Positions 31,616 through 41,940 of a stretch of 64,000 nucleotides of DNA are shown one piece after another. Made by a program: the position numbers and the translations under genes. Numbering within the stretch: the first letter of the stretch is position 1; every line of letters begins with the position of its first letter. Origin of the DNA: Pseudomonas aeruginosa PAO1 (GTDB lineage Bacteria > Pseudomonadota > Gammaproteobacteria > Pseudomonadales > Pseudomonadaceae); NCBI RefSeq assembly GCF_000006765.1, contig NC_002516.2. One strand, written 5' to 3'. Below the pieces are notes generated by a model, which saw only the letters and a list, made by a program, of their open reading frames with translations, was not told where the DNA came from and did no database searches.

Positions 31616-33877
31616 TCAGAAGTGGAAGTTCACCCCGAGCAATGCCGTGCGGCCCGGAGCGACGTGGGCCATGTGCGTGCTGTAGACCTGGTCGAAGTAG
31701 CGCTTGTCGGTCAGGTTCTGCACGTTCAGTTGCAGGTCGACGTTCTTGCTCACCTTGTAGCTGGCCATGGCGTCATAGCGCCAGTAGGACGGGATATAGG
31801 TAGAGTTCGCAGTGTTGCCGTACTGCTTGTCCACATAGGTGGTACCACCGCCGATAGTGAAGTTCTGCAACAGATCGTAGGTGGTCCACAGAGTGAAGTT
31901 GTTCTGCGCGGTCTGCGGCATCTTGTTGCCTTCGTCGCTCTTCACCGTCGACTTGCGGATTTCGCTGTCGAGGTAGGTGTAGCCGCCGAAGACCTTCCAC
32001 TTCTCGGTCAGCTTGCCATTGAAGCCCAGCTCGACGCCCTGCACCCGCTGCTCGCCGTCCAGTACCTGAAGAGTGGAGACATCCGGCGAAGCGACCCGGG
32101 CATTGGTCTTGTCGGTGCGGAAAAGCGCGGCGTTCAGCGACAGAGCATCGTCGAAGAAGGCCCACTTGGTACCCAGTTCGAGGTTACGGTTACGCTCCGG
32201 ATCCAACCCGTTGTTGCCTACGCTGATATCCGCCTGGCCCTCGCCGCCGGTCTCGCCGGTGGGGTTGCTCGAGGTCGACCAGGCCAGGTAGATGCTGCCG
32301 TTGGGCGCCGGTTTGTAGACCAGGCCGGTCTGGTAGTTCCAGAAGTGGCTGTTGTTCTCGCGCTTGAAGTAGCCGGCGGGACCGTTGCGGCCAGCCGTCT
32401 GGTAGCCGCTGGACTTGGTATCGAAGTCGTCGTAGCGCAGACCGAGATTCAGCTCCCATTGTTCGCTTAGCTTCAGGGTATCGAACACATAAGCCGCGCT
32501 GGTCTTGGTGTCGGTATCGGTATAGGCCAGGCCGTCGGTGATGCTGCCGGTCCAGTTGTCGCCCGGAGTCGGGCGATTCAGGCTGGTGCAGTCGCCACTG
32601 GCGAGCAATCGTGCATTGCAGGTGTTGCCGGCGCCGCCACCGGAAGTAATGGCGTACGGACGGTTGTGCACGTCCTCGTAGCTGAACTCCAGGCCGGTCA
32701 CCAGGGTGTGCTTGATGAAGCCGGTTTCGAAGTTGGCCTTCAGGTCGGTCTGGTTGACCCAGCCCTTCGAGGTCGAATTGCGGCTTTTCGCCGAACGGTA
32801 GACGTAGCCGTTGGCAACGTTGCCACGGCTGTCGTCGGGGTTGCTGACGATGTAGTCGAGCGTCGTGCGCACCAGGCGGGTGCTATTCGACAGGGTCAGG
32901 TTGTCGTTCAGGTCATGCTCGATGCGGAAGGTACCGCTGTCGGTGGTGCTCTTGCGGTAGTCGCGGTCCTTCAGGCCATAGAAGTTATCGCGATCCACCG
33001 AGGCCGGCTTGCTCGGATTGGCTTTGCTGCGGTTGACGTTGGTCAGCGGCAGGCCGTAGTCCGGCATATCATCGGTGCTGAGATGGTAATAGGACAGGGT
33101 GGCGCGGGTCGGCGTGTCGAAGCCGAAGGTAACGGTCGGAGCCACGCCCCAGCGGCTGACGCTGACTTCGTCGCGCCCTGCGACGTGGGCATCGTGCTTC
33201 ATCAGGTTGAGGCGGAAGGCGGCGTTGTCGCCAATCATCCGGTTCACGTCGAGAGTAGTGCGGCGGGTCTGGTCTGAGCCCCAGGTGAAGCCGGCGTCGG
33301 TGAAGTTGTCCTGCTTGGCGGTCTTGCTGATCAGGTTCAGGCTGCCACCGGTGGAGCCGGCGCCGGTGTAGGCCGAGCCCGGGCCCTTGCTGACCTCGAT
33401 CTGCTCGACGTTGAACACCTCGCGGGTTTGCGAGGCGACGTCGCGCATACCGTCGAGGAACGTATCGCTCTCGGCGTTGAAGCCACGGATGAATGGCCGG
33501 TCGCCTGCGGGGTTGCCGCCCTCGCCCGCGCCGAAGGTGATACCCGGGGTGGTGCGCAGTGCGTCGGCCAGGGTCAGGGCGCCAGTGTCCTTGATCACCT
33601 GCTGCGGGATCACGGTCACGGTCTTCGGCGTATCCAGCAGCGGCGCGGTGTACTTCTTCGACGCCGAGCGGTCGACGTTATAGGTGGTTTCGTCCTGCTG
33701 CTCGCCGACGATGGTAGCCGCATCCAGCGACAGTACGCGGTCCTTGTCGGTCTTTTTCTGCCCGGCCTCGTCGGCCTGGGCTGCCTGCGGTGCGGCGATG
33801 GCGGTGATGGCGACACCGATGGCAGAAGCCAGCAGACGTTGCGAAGAAACGGCGGTATCCGTGGACTGACGCGACAT
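31616..33877 (-). CDS. piuA: TonB-dependent (catechol-)siderophore receptor PiuA (PA4514)
   Basis: 753 aa; signal peptide, plug ([20 protein letters not shown]), C-terminal NLTDKRY..GRT..F. Confidence 0.92.
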   Translation of the reverse strand: MSRQSTDTAVSSQRLLASAIGVAITAIAAPQAAQADEAGQKKTDKDRVLSLDAATIVGEQQDETTYNVDRSASKKYTAPLLDTPKTVTVIPQQVIKDTGALTLADALRTTPGITFGAGEGGNPAGDRPFIRGFNAESDTFLDGMRDVASQTREVFNVEQIEVSKGPGSAYTGAGSTGGSLNLISKTAKQDNFTDAGFTWGSDQTRRTTLDVNRMIGDNAAFRLNLMKHDAHVAGRDEVSVSRWGVAPTVTFGFDTPTRATLSYYHLSTDDMPDYGLPLTNVNRSKANPSKPASVDRDNFYGLKDRDYRKSTTDSGTFRIEHDLNDNLTLSNSTRLVRTTLDYIVSNPDDSRGNVANGYVYRSAKSRNSTSKGWVNQTDLKANFETGFIKHTLVTGLEFSYEDVHNRPYAITSGGGAGNTCNARLLASGDCTSLNRPTPGDNWTGSITDGLAYTDTDTKTSAAYVFDTLKLSEQWELNLGLRYDDFDTKSSGYQTAGRNGPAGYFKRENNSHFWNYQTGLVYKPAPNGSIYLAWSTSSNPTGETGGEGQADISVGNNGLDPERNRNLELGTKWAFFDDALSLNAALFRTDKTNARVASPDVSTLQVLDGEQRVQGVELGFNGKLTEKWKVFGGYTYLDSEIRKSTVKSDEGNKMPQTAQNNFTLWTTYDLLQNFTIGGGTTYVDKQYGNTANSTYIPSYWRYDAMASYKVSKNVDLQLNVQNLTDKRYFDQVYSTHMAHVAPGRTALLGVNFHF

Positions 33878-33924
33878 TCGAAACCCCTCCCCGGGAGCTG
33901 TGAAGGTCGCGGAATTTATTGCAG

Positions 33925-34075
33925 ATCAGAATTGTTATCAATTATTACGGATTCGCATTCGACAGGAATTTACATTCTTTACAATTTTCTCATTACATTT
34001 TTTCCCATCTCGCTCGTCTAAAACCTCTAGCGGTTTTACATGTCCAATGCAAATCAATATCATTGGCAATCATTT
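33925..34075. promoter_or_regulatory. AT-rich divergent piuA/piuC control region with Fur-box-like sites (~33929-33960 and 34049-34067)
   Basis: GCAAATCAATATCATTGGC (12/19) and a minus-strand ATAATTGATAACAATTCTG (11/19). Confidence 0.6.
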
Positions 34076-34094
34076 CGCCTTCGTGGACAGCGCC

Positions 34095-34775
34095 ATGTTG
34101 CTGCATATTCCCGCCATCTTCACCGCCGAGGAAGTCTCCCGGATCCGCGCAGCCCTGGAGCAGGCGGAATGGGCCGACGGCAAGGCGACCGCCGGCTACC
34201 AATCGGCCAAGGCCAAGCACAACCTGCAACTGCCGCAGGACCACCCGCTGGCCCGGGAGATCGGCGAAGCCATGCTGCAGCGCCTGTGGAACCATCCCCT
34301 GTTCATGTCCGCCGCCCTGCCGCTCAAGGTCTTCCCGCCGCTGTTCAACTGCTATACCGGCGGGGGCTCGTTCGACTTCCACATCGACAACGCCGTGCGC
34401 GACGTCCATGGCGGCCGCGAGCGGGTCCGTACCGACCTGTCCTCGACCCTCTTCTTCAGCGACCCGGAGGACTATGACGGCGGCGAACTGGTGATCCAAG
34501 ACACCTACGGCCTGCAACAGGTGAAGCTGCCCGCCGGCGATCTGGTGCTCTACCCCGGCACCAGCCTGCACAAAGTCAATCCGGTCACCCGCGGCGCGCG
34601 CTACGCCTCGTTCTTCTGGACCCAGAGCCTGGTCCGCGAAGACAGCCAGCGCACCCTGCTATTCGAAATGGACCAGTCGATCCAGCGACTCACCCGCGAC
34701 GTCCCCGACCATCCCTCGCTGATCCGCCTCACCGGTACCTACCACAATCTCCTGCGGCGCTGGTCGGAACTCTGA
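34095..34775 (+). CDS. piuC: PKHD-type Fe(II)/2-oxoglutarate hydroxylase PiuC (PA4515)
   Basis: ATG 34095, 226 aa; [24 protein letters not shown]. Confidence 0.92.
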
Positions 34776-34777
34776 AC

Positions 34778-35593
34778 ATGCGCCACCTGCTGCTTCGTCA
34801 CGACGCGCTGGACGCCGAAGGTTTCGCCGCACAACTGGCCGGTACCCCGGGCGAGGTTGCCCAGGCCATCCTTGGCGCTGCGCGCGAGGGCCTGACGGAA
34901 GCCCAGGCCCTGCTCGGACAGATCCTTCTGGACGGCCAAGGCATCCAGCGCGACCCGACCCTGGCGCGGACCTGGTTCACGATCGCCGCCGAACGCGGCC
35001 ACGCAATGGCGCGCAATATGCTCGCTCGCTGTCTTGAACATGGCTGGGGCGGCCCGGCGGATCCAGCCGCGGCAGCCGTCCACTATCGGATCGCCGCCCA
35101 GGCCGGCCTTGACTGGGCCCGCTACAACCTGGCCAATCTCCACGCCACCGGCCGCGGGGTGCCCCAGGACCAGCCGCGCGCCTATGCGCTGTATCGGCAA
35201 GCGGCCGAGCAGGGCCACGCGAAATCGATGAACCTGGTGGGGCGCTACCACGAAGAAGGCCTGGTGGTCGCTCGCGACCTGGCGCAAGCTGCGCACTGGT
35301 ATCGACGTTCCGCCGAGGGCGGCGATTTTCGCGGCCAGTTCAGCCACGCCGCGATGCTCAGCGCCTCGGGCCGCCATGCCGAAGCCGAAACCTGGCTCCG
35401 GCGTGCCCTCGAAGGCGGCAACCTGAACTTCCTGCGCAGTGCCCGCCATGGCCTGGAGCAGTCGGCCCACCCGCCATTCCGCAGCCTGGCGCTGGCCTAC
35501 TACCGACGCGCGGCGCAGTTGGGCGACGACATCGATCGAGAGGCTCTGGAACAGGCGCTCGAACGTCATGGGCACGCGCAACTGCCCGTCTGA
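34778..35593 (+). CDS. Sel1-repeat protein (PA4516)
   Basis: 271 aa with several Sel1 repeats (A..G...A...L...G.G...D...A..WY). Confidence 0.88.
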   Translation: MRHLLLRHDALDAEGFAAQLAGTPGEVAQAILGAAREGLTEAQALLGQILLDGQGIQRDPTLARTWFTIAAERGHAMARNMLARCLEHGWGGPADPAAAAVHYRIAAQAGLDWARYNLANLHATGRGVPQDQPRAYALYRQAAEQGHAKSMNLVGRYHEEGLVVARDLAQAAHWYRRSAEGGDFRGQFSHAAMLSASGRHAEAETWLRRALEGGNLNFLRSARHGLEQSAHPPFRSLALAYYRRAAQLGDDIDREALEQALERHGHAQLPV

Positions 35594-35625
35594 CGAACAA
35601 CGCCCAACCCTTTGTTCACACCCAC

Positions 35626-35641
35626 ATAACACTTTTTTGAC
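35626..35641 (+). promoter_or_regulatory. Candidate ColR box upstream of the pEtN transferase
   Basis: ATAACACTTTTTTGAC matches the recalled pseudomonad ColR consensus YYNASNNYTTTTTSAC at all but the first position. Confidence 0.55.
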
Positions 35642-35715
35642 AAGCCTTTCCCTACCCTCGCCGCTTCATCGAGGCGAGCGACGATCGCGCCTCCGGTCCA
35701 TCGTACGAGGCTATC

Positions 35716-37518
35716 GTGTCCCCCACTCCACCAAGCGTTACGCGCAATCGCATCGACTGGGCCGGCCTGGGCTGGCTGTTCCTGTTCTTCTGGTTCTTCT
35801 CCGGTATCACCCAACTGCTCCTGCTGACCTCCGGCAACAGCGGTTTCTCCGGTTTCCGCAACGCCATGGTGCTGAGCACCATCTGGCTTGCGCCGGTGTT
35901 GCTGTTCCCGCGCTGGACCAAGCCGCTGGCCGCCGTCATCGGGCTGGTGCTGTGGGCCGCCTCGCTGGTCGGCCTGAGCTATTTCGGCATCTATCACCAG
36001 GAATTCTCGCAAAGCGTGATCTTCGTGATGTTCGAGTCGAACACCGCCGAGGCCAGCGAATATTTCAGCCAGTACTTCAACCCCTGGATGACCCTCGGCC
36101 TGGTGCTCTACAGCCTGGTCGCCATCCTCCTCTGGCGCCGCCTGCGCCCAGTCTACCTGCCGCGCTTCAGCGCCCTGCCGGTGGCGGTGCTGCTGATCGT
36201 CGCGACCATCGGTTATCCGTTCTACAAGCAACTGGTCAGCCAGGGCCGGCCCTTCGACGAAGCCCTGGACAAGGTCCAGGCGCGCATGGAACCGGCGGTG
36301 CCCTGGCAATTGCTGATCGGCTACCAGCAATACCGCCAGCAACTGGGCAGCATGCAGGCGCTGTTGCAAAAGAACGCGGCCCTACCGCCGCTGAAGAACC
36401 TCGTCGATGCCAATGGCGATACGCCGCGCACGCTGGTCCTGGTGATCGGCGAATCCACGTCGCGCAAGCACATGAGCCTCTACGGCTATCCACGCGAAAC
36501 GACCCCGCAGTTGGACGCACTGAAGGCCGCGAACCGGAACCTCACGGTATTCAACAACGTGGTGGCGTCGCGGCCATACACCATCGAGGTGCTGCAGCAG
36601 GTGCTGACGTTCGCTGACCAGGAGCATCCCGACCGCTTCCTCACCGATCCGTCGCTGATGAACCTGATGAAGCAGGCCGGCTACAAGACCTTCTGGATCA
36701 CCAACCAGCAGACCATGACCAAGCGCAACACCATGCTGACGACCTTCGCCCAGCAGACCGATGCGCAGTTCTACCTGAACAACCAGCGCAGCCAGAACGC
36801 CAGCCAGCTGGACGGCGCGGTGCTGGCGCCCTTCGCCAAGGTGCTGGACGACCCGGCGCCGAAGAAGTTCATCGTGGTCCATCTGCTCGGCACCCACATG
36901 AACTACAAGTACCGCTATCCCGCCGACTACGCTCGCTTCGTCGACCGTCAGGGCGCCCCGGCGGCTCTCAGCGACGACCAGGTGGAGGTCTACAACAGCT
37001 ACGACAACGCCGTGCTGTACAACGACTACGTGGTCTCCAGCCTGATCAAGGGCTTCGCCAACAGCGATCCGAACGGTTTCCTGGTCTACCTCTCGGACCA
37101 TGGCGAGGAAGTCTTCGACGAAGCCCCGCACGACCGTCTCGGCCGCAACGAAGGCGACCCGACCCGCGGCATGTACACCGTGCCCTTCCTGGTCTGGACT
37201 TCGCCCAGCTGGCAGCAGACCCATCCGCGCGACCTGCAGGCCCTGGTCGACCGACGCTACAGCAGCGAAGACCTGATCCATACCTGGTCCGACCTCGCCG
37301 GCCTCAACTATGACCTCTTCGATCCGACCAAGAGCCTGGTGAGCAACGACTTCCGGCATGAAGTCCGCTGGATCGGCAACCCCTATGCCCACAATGGCTT
37401 GCGCGACTTCGACAAGCTGCCGCTGGACAAGGCCGACGCCGGGCAGCAGGTAGCCCAGGCCGGACGACCCGCGCCAACGACACCGCGCGCACCGTCCCGC
37501 CAGCCGAACGAAGGCTGA
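35716..37518 (+). CDS. cptA: CptA/EptC-type phosphoethanolamine transferase (PA4517)
   Basis: GTG start, 600 aa; N-terminal TMs, sulfatase-like domain GESTSR, HLLGTH, YDNAVLYND, SDHGE. Confidence 0.85.
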   Translation: MSPTPPSVTRNRIDWAGLGWLFLFFWFFSGITQLLLLTSGNSGFSGFRNAMVLSTIWLAPVLLFPRWTKPLAAVIGLVLWAASLVGLSYFGIYHQEFSQSVIFVMFESNTAEASEYFSQYFNPWMTLGLVLYSLVAILLWRRLRPVYLPRFSALPVAVLLIVATIGYPFYKQLVSQGRPFDEALDKVQARMEPAVPWQLLIGYQQYRQQLGSMQALLQKNAALPPLKNLVDANGDTPRTLVLVIGESTSRKHMSLYGYPRETTPQLDALKAANRNLTVFNNVVASRPYTIEVLQQVLTFADQEHPDRFLTDPSLMNLMKQAGYKTFWITNQQTMTKRNTMLTTFAQQTDAQFYLNNQRSQNASQLDGAVLAPFAKVLDDPAPKKFIVVHLLGTHMNYKYRYPADYARFVDRQGAPAALSDDQVEVYNSYDNAVLYNDYVVSSLIKGFANSDPNGFLVYLSDHGEEVFDEAPHDRLGRNEGDPTRGMYTVPFLVWTSPSWQQTHPRDLQALVDRRYSSEDLIHTWSDLAGLNYDLFDPTKSLVSNDFRHEVRWIGNPYAHNGLRDFDKLPLDKADAGQQVAQAGRPAPTTPRAPSRQPNEG

Positions 37519-37530
37519 CCGCCGCCAAAG

Positions 37531-37558
37531 AAAACGCCCCGCCGAGCGGGGCGTTTTT
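37531..37558. terminator. Bidirectional terminator
   Basis: AAAACGCCCCGC-cga-GCGGGGCGTTTTT. Confidence 0.85.
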
Positions 37559-37573
37559 CCATCCGTAGCGCCC

Positions 37574-37999
37574 TCAGGGCAAGACCAGGTTGCCCTGCTC
37601 GTCGAACGGCCAGAACGGGTTGTAGGCAATTTCCCAAAGGTGTCCATCCGGGTCGGCGACATATCCGGAGTAGCCACCCCAGAACACTTCCTGCGGCATC
37701 TTGGTCGCCTGCCCGCCGGCCGCCGTAGCTGCGGAGAACAGACGGTCCACCTCGTCCCGCGAGGCGCAGTTGCAGGCCAGGGTGATAGCCGCGAAGCCGG
37801 TCGGGCGATCTTCCACCTGCGCATCCTCGGCGAGGGCGCTGCGTCCGTAGAGGCCGAGGACTAGGTTGCGGCCCTTGAGAAATACCACCTGCTCGTTGCC
37901 GTCCGAAGAGGGCTGCCAGCCCAGCGCCTGGTAGTAGAGAGAGGAGCGGGCCAGATCGGCGACCCCGAGGGTCACCAGGGAAACACCATTGCCTGTCAT
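37574..37999 (-). CDS. VOC/glyoxalase-family protein (PA4518)
   Basis: 141 aa; VTLGVADL, FWGGYSGY.ADPDGHLWE. Confidence 0.88.
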   Translation of the reverse strand: MTGNGVSLVTLGVADLARSSLYYQALGWQPSSDGNEQVVFLKGRNLVLGLYGRSALAEDAQVEDRPTGFAAITLACNCASRDEVDRLFSAATAAGGQATKMPQEVFWGGYSGYVADPDGHLWEIAYNPFWPFDEQGNLVLP

Positions 38000-38068
38000 G
38001 TCGGCGTCCTTGTCATGGGTTGTCGAACAAGGCTGACACGAGCGCCGCGAGGCTTCCAGAGCGACATG

Positions 38069-38094
38069 AAAAAGCCCCGCCGAGGCGGGGCTCT
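38069..38094 (-). terminator. speC terminator
   Basis: Minus strand GAGCCCCGCCTCGGCGGGGCTTTTT. Confidence 0.8.
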
Positions 38095-38114
38095 TCGTAG
38101 CAGAGGCGACTGCG

Positions 38115-39278
38115 CTAGAGGTAGAACGCCTTCAGCGGCGGGAAGCCGTTGAACTCCACCGCACTGTAGCTGGTGGTGTAGGCGCCGGTAGACAGCCAGT
38201 AAAGGCGGTCGCCGCTCGCCAGGTTCAGCGGCAGGCCATACTTGTAGTGCTCGTACATGATGTCGGCGCTGTCGCAGGTCGGGCCGGCGATCACCACCTC
38301 TTCCATCTCGCCCTGCTTCTCGGTCCAGATCGGGAACTTGATCGACTCGTCCATGGTTTCGATCAGTCCGGAGAACTTGCCGACGTCGGCATAGACCCAG
38401 CGCTCCACGGCGGTCCGCGACTTGCGGGCGACCAGCACCACTTCGCTGACCAGGATGCCGGCATTGGCGATCAGCGAACGGCCCGGCTCGAGGATGATTT
38501 CCGGCAGGTCGTCGCCGAAGTCCTCCTTGAGGAAGCGGATGATCTCCTCCGCATAGGTTTCCAGGTCGTTGGTCTTGGTGATGTAGTTGGCCGGGAAGCC
38601 GCCGCCCATGTTGATCATCTTCAGGACGATGCCGTCTTCTTCCTTCAGGCGCTCGAAGATCACCTTGACCTTGGCGATCGCCGCGTCCCACACCGAGATG
38701 TCGCGCTGCTGCGAACCGACGTGGAAGGAAATGCCGTAGGGCTCCAGGCCCAGCTGGCGGGCCAGGATCAGCAGGTCCATGGCCATGTCGGTCTGGCAGC
38801 CGAACTTGCGCGACAACGGCCAGTCTGCGGTAGTCGAGCCCTCGGTGAGGATACGCACGTAGACCTTGGCGCCGGGAGCGGCCTTGGCGATGTTGCGCAG
38901 GTCGGCTTCGGAGTCGGTGGCGAACAGGCGCACGCCCTTCTCGTAGAAGTAGCGGATGTCCTTGGATTTCTTGATGGTGTTGCCGTAGCTGATGCGCTCC
39001 GGACCGACGCCGGTCTTCATCACCTTGTCCAGTTCGTAGATCGAGGCGATATCGAAGTTCGAACCCTTGTCGCGCAGCAGCTCGGTGATTTCGGTAGCGG
39101 GATTGGCCTTCACCGCGTAGTAGATCCTGGCGAAGGGGAAGCAGTCGGTCAGTTGGTCGTAGGCATCGGCGATGGTCTGCTTGTCGATGACTACAAAGGG
39201 GGTTTCCTGCTTGTCGGCGAAGGCCTTCATGCGCTGGAAGGTTTCAGGGGCGAAATAATCCTCGACCTTGATGGACAT
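38115..39278 (-). CDS. speC: Fold-type III PLP-dependent ornithine decarboxylase SpeC (PA4519)
   Basis: ATG 39278 after GGGAG, 387 aa; YAVKANP, FHVGSQ, GGGF, EPGR, GPTCDS, GAYT. Confidence 0.92.
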   Translation of the reverse strand: MSIKVEDYFAPETFQRMKAFADKQETPFVVIDKQTIADAYDQLTDCFPFARIYYAVKANPATEITELLRDKGSNFDIASIYELDKVMKTGVGPERISYGNTIKKSKDIRYFYEKGVRLFATDSEADLRNIAKAAPGAKVYVRILTEGSTTADWPLSRKFGCQTDMAMDLLILARQLGLEPYGISFHVGSQQRDISVWDAAIAKVKVIFERLKEEDGIVLKMINMGGGFPANYITKTNDLETYAEEIIRFLKEDFGDDLPEIILEPGRSLIANAGILVSEVVLVARKSRTAVERWVYADVGKFSGLIETMDESIKFPIWTEKQGEMEEVVIAGPTCDSADIMYEHYKYGLPLNLASGDRLYWLSTGAYTTSYSAVEFNGFPPLKAFYL

Positions 39279-39415
39279 GGTTGGGACTCCCAATGGCAAA
39301 ACACATGGATTCGTAGGGGTGAAGCTGAACGTCTAATCCGTTTCCCCACTTTGGTTCGCCTACTTCCCAAGGCATGTCGCCGAGTATCACCTGCCTGCCG
39401 GCAGCCACCGCCTGT

Positions 39416-39538
39416 TCATCCTGGTAGGTCGCGCGCGTGTCCCGCGCGACGACCTGGCCGCTTGAGCAGCGGACGTCGCCTTGCCACAAGGCGATCTCTC
39501 GTCGTCAGTACTTGAGCCGGATGGATCGTTTCCAGCAT
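39416..39538 (-). other. Putative 40-codon leader uORF upstream of speC (MLETIHPAQVLTTRDRLVARRRPLLKRPGRRAGHARDLPG)
   Basis: ATG 39538 to TGA 39416, about 10 nt after the predicted TSS. No SD. Confidence 0.35.
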
Positions 39539-39554
39539 GGACGTTCGGGCGCGA

Positions 39555-39583
39555 ACTTTAGGACCAAGGGGACGCGAGATCAA
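39555..39583 (-). promoter_or_regulatory. Candidate sigma70 promoter of the speC leader
   Basis: TTGATC-N17-TAAAGT with an upstream T-tract. Confidence 0.55.
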
Positions 39584-39729
39584 TAAAAAAATGCCGCGAT
39601 TTCGCCTCCGCCTGTCGCACCGCCGGATTGACCTGCTCAGCCTTTACCCCATGTGCATGACAGTGGGATGTCCCCGTCCGCCCAGCGTTCAATCGGATGG
39701 ACGAAAAACGTCCCGCGCAGGCCTTGCGC

Positions 39730-41751
39730 CTACACCCGGAACGCGCCGATCAGGCGTTTCAGCTGGGTCACCTGGGCGCCCAGTTCGCGGCTGGCCCGTT
39801 CGGTCTGGCTGGCGCCTTCCGCGGTGCGCTCGCCGGCCTGGTTGATCTCGACGATGTTCTGGTCGATATCGTGGGCCACGGCGGTCTGTTGCTCGGCGGC
39901 GGCGGCGATCTGCTGGTTCTGGTCGACGATCATGCCCACCGCGCCGAGGATATTCTCCAGTGCCTGCTGCACCTGCGCCGACTCGTTGACCGTGCCATCG
40001 GCGGTATGGTGGCTGCTGCCCATCGCCTTCACCGCCGCATCGACGCCGCCCTGCAGGCGCAGGATCATCTGTTCGATCTCGGCAGTGGATTGCTGGGTGC
40101 GCTTGGCCAGCGTGCGCACCTCGTCGGCCACCACCGCGAAACCGCGCCCCTGCTCCCCGGCACGAGCGGCCTCGATCGCCGCATTGAGCGCCAGCAGGTT
40201 GGTCTGTTCGGCGATGCCCTTGATCACATCCAGCACCTGGCTGATCGAGGCGCTGTCACTGGCCAGGCGATTGATCGCCGCCACCGACTGGTCGATCTCG
40301 CCGGCCAGGCGCTGGATGCTACCCACCTGCGACTCGACCAGGCTGCGCCCGCTGAGGGTTTCCTGGTTCACGCTGTTCGCGCTGCTCACCGCCATCGCCG
40401 CGCTGCGCGCCACTTCCTGGGCGGTAGCGGCCATCTGGTTCATCGCCGTGGCCACCTGCTCGATCTGGCTGCGTTGCCCGGCTACCGCCTGGTTGCTTTC
40501 GGCCGACACCGACTCGACGCGCAGGGTCTGCCGCTCGACCTCGCCGACGGTCTGGCTGACCCGCTCGATCAGGTCGTGGATCTTCGCCACCGATTCGTTG
40601 AACGATTGTCCCAGCTCGCCCAGCTCGTCACGGCTGCGGGCCTGGAAGCTGACCGTCATGTCGCCGCCGGCGACGCGCTCCATCATTCGCCCGAGATCCT
40701 TCAGGGTGGCACGGGTGGAAACGTAGAAACCGCCGTAGAGGTATAGGATCGCGGCGAAAACCACGGCCAGCGCGGCGACTAGCAACAGCATCTGCGTGCG
40801 CACCTGTTGCAGGCGCTTTTGCAACTGGGTATCGAGATAGCCGAGAACGGCGTCGTCGAGCTGGTAGGTCTTGTCCATCGCCACGCTGACCTGATCGTAG
40901 AACTGCGTCCACGGGGTATCCAGCGTCTCGGCCACGATCACCCGGTCCTCGAACAACTGCCCCAGGCTTTTCAGGGTCTCGCGACTGGCCTGGGCGGCCT
41001 CCTCGAGCAGCTGTGGGCTGCCGGCCAGGGACTCCTGCAGCTTCAGGCCATACTCGCCATGCAGTTTCTCGAACTCCAGCAGCAGTTCGTCGAGCCGCGC
41101 GCTGGAGGACGAATTGAGGAAACCCTGGCCCAGGGAGTAGGCGCCGATGGCGCGCCCCTTGCTGATGGCCGCCGTCACCTCCGGCGTTATCGAGCCGACC
41201 AGCTCGCTGAGCTGGCGCACCTGGCGCTGGCTGTCCTGGCTGAGCCCGGCCTGGGCGATGAGCAACTTGATGAATACCTGTGCGCTACCGAGCAGCTTCT
41301 CCGCCCGTGCGCCCTTGCCCTGCAGGGACCCTTCGGCCTCCACGGCCTGCAAGCCGTTGAGCAACCGGTCGCGCTGGGCCTCGAATTCGGCTACCGCCGC
41401 ACCATCCTCGCTGAGCGGCGCCAGCGCCTCGAGCCGCCCGCGCAGCCCCTTCTGGACGTCCGCGATGCGCGCTTCCAGATCGCCGGCCTTGCCGGACTGG
41501 CCGATGACCGCATTGATCTGCAACAGATCGTTGAGGGACTCCAGGCCACGCCGGATCTGAAGTCCGCTACCCAGCAGCGTCAAGCTCTGCAGTTCGATCC
41601 GGGTGTCGCTGAACTGGCGATAGGCATCGCGCACCAGATAGAAGCTGGTGATCAGCAGCGGCAGGAAGAACAGCACGCTGATCAGGCCGAACTTCATGCC
41701 GAAGCTGAGCCGGTTCATCAGCGCGATGGCGGGATAGAGTACGGTCTTCAC
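39730..41751 (-). CDS. Methyl-accepting chemotaxis protein (PA4520)
   Basis: GTG start, 673 aa; two TMs, HAMP, MCP hairpin [34 protein letters not shown]. Confidence 0.95.
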   Translation of the reverse strand: MKTVLYPAIALMNRLSFGMKFGLISVLFFLPLLITSFYLVRDAYRQFSDTRIELQSLTLLGSGLQIRRGLESLNDLLQINAVIGQSGKAGDLEARIADVQKGLRGRLEALAPLSEDGAAVAEFEAQRDRLLNGLQAVEAEGSLQGKGARAEKLLGSAQVFIKLLIAQAGLSQDSQRQVRQLSELVGSITPEVTAAISKGRAIGAYSLGQGFLNSSSSARLDELLLEFEKLHGEYGLKLQESLAGSPQLLEEAAQASRETLKSLGQLFEDRVIVAETLDTPWTQFYDQVSVAMDKTYQLDDAVLGYLDTQLQKRLQQVRTQMLLLVAALAVVFAAILYLYGGFYVSTRATLKDLGRMMERVAGGDMTVSFQARSRDELGELGQSFNESVAKIHDLIERVSQTVGEVERQTLRVESVSAESNQAVAGQRSQIEQVATAMNQMAATAQEVARSAAMAVSSANSVNQETLSGRSLVESQVGSIQRLAGEIDQSVAAINRLASDSASISQVLDVIKGIAEQTNLLALNAAIEAARAGEQGRGFAVVADEVRTLAKRTQQSTAEIEQMILRLQGGVDAAVKAMGSSHHTADGTVNESAQVQQALENILGAVGMIVDQNQQIAAAAEQQTAVAHDIDQNIVEINQAGERTAEGASQTERASRELGAQVTQLKRLIGAFRV

Positions 41752-41874
41752 CCAGACGTCTCCTGATTGTTCTTATCGTTCTGAGAGATGCCGCCGCGTG
41801 GCGACATTGACGCACGGAGTCCGCTCGGTAGTGGCCTTTCGAAATCATGCGGACACGTTCACCTGTGTACCCGA

Positions 41875-41900
41875 TATCGGCCTGGTGTTCTGTAACTTAA
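41875..41900 (-). promoter_or_regulatory. Candidate FliA (sigma28) promoter of the MCP
   Basis: Minus strand TTAAG-N14-GCCGATA against consensus TCAAG/TAAAG-N14-GCCGATA. Confidence 0.7.
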
Positions 41901-41940
41901 GGTTAACGGGGAATCGCAGGCGGATTCCCCGTCGCTACGC

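Noticed and set aside
39244-39489. 81-aa ORF overlapping the speC start
   Set aside because: Alternative (GTG) start without an SD, atypical composition, no motif; less plausible than the TSS-proximal uORF.
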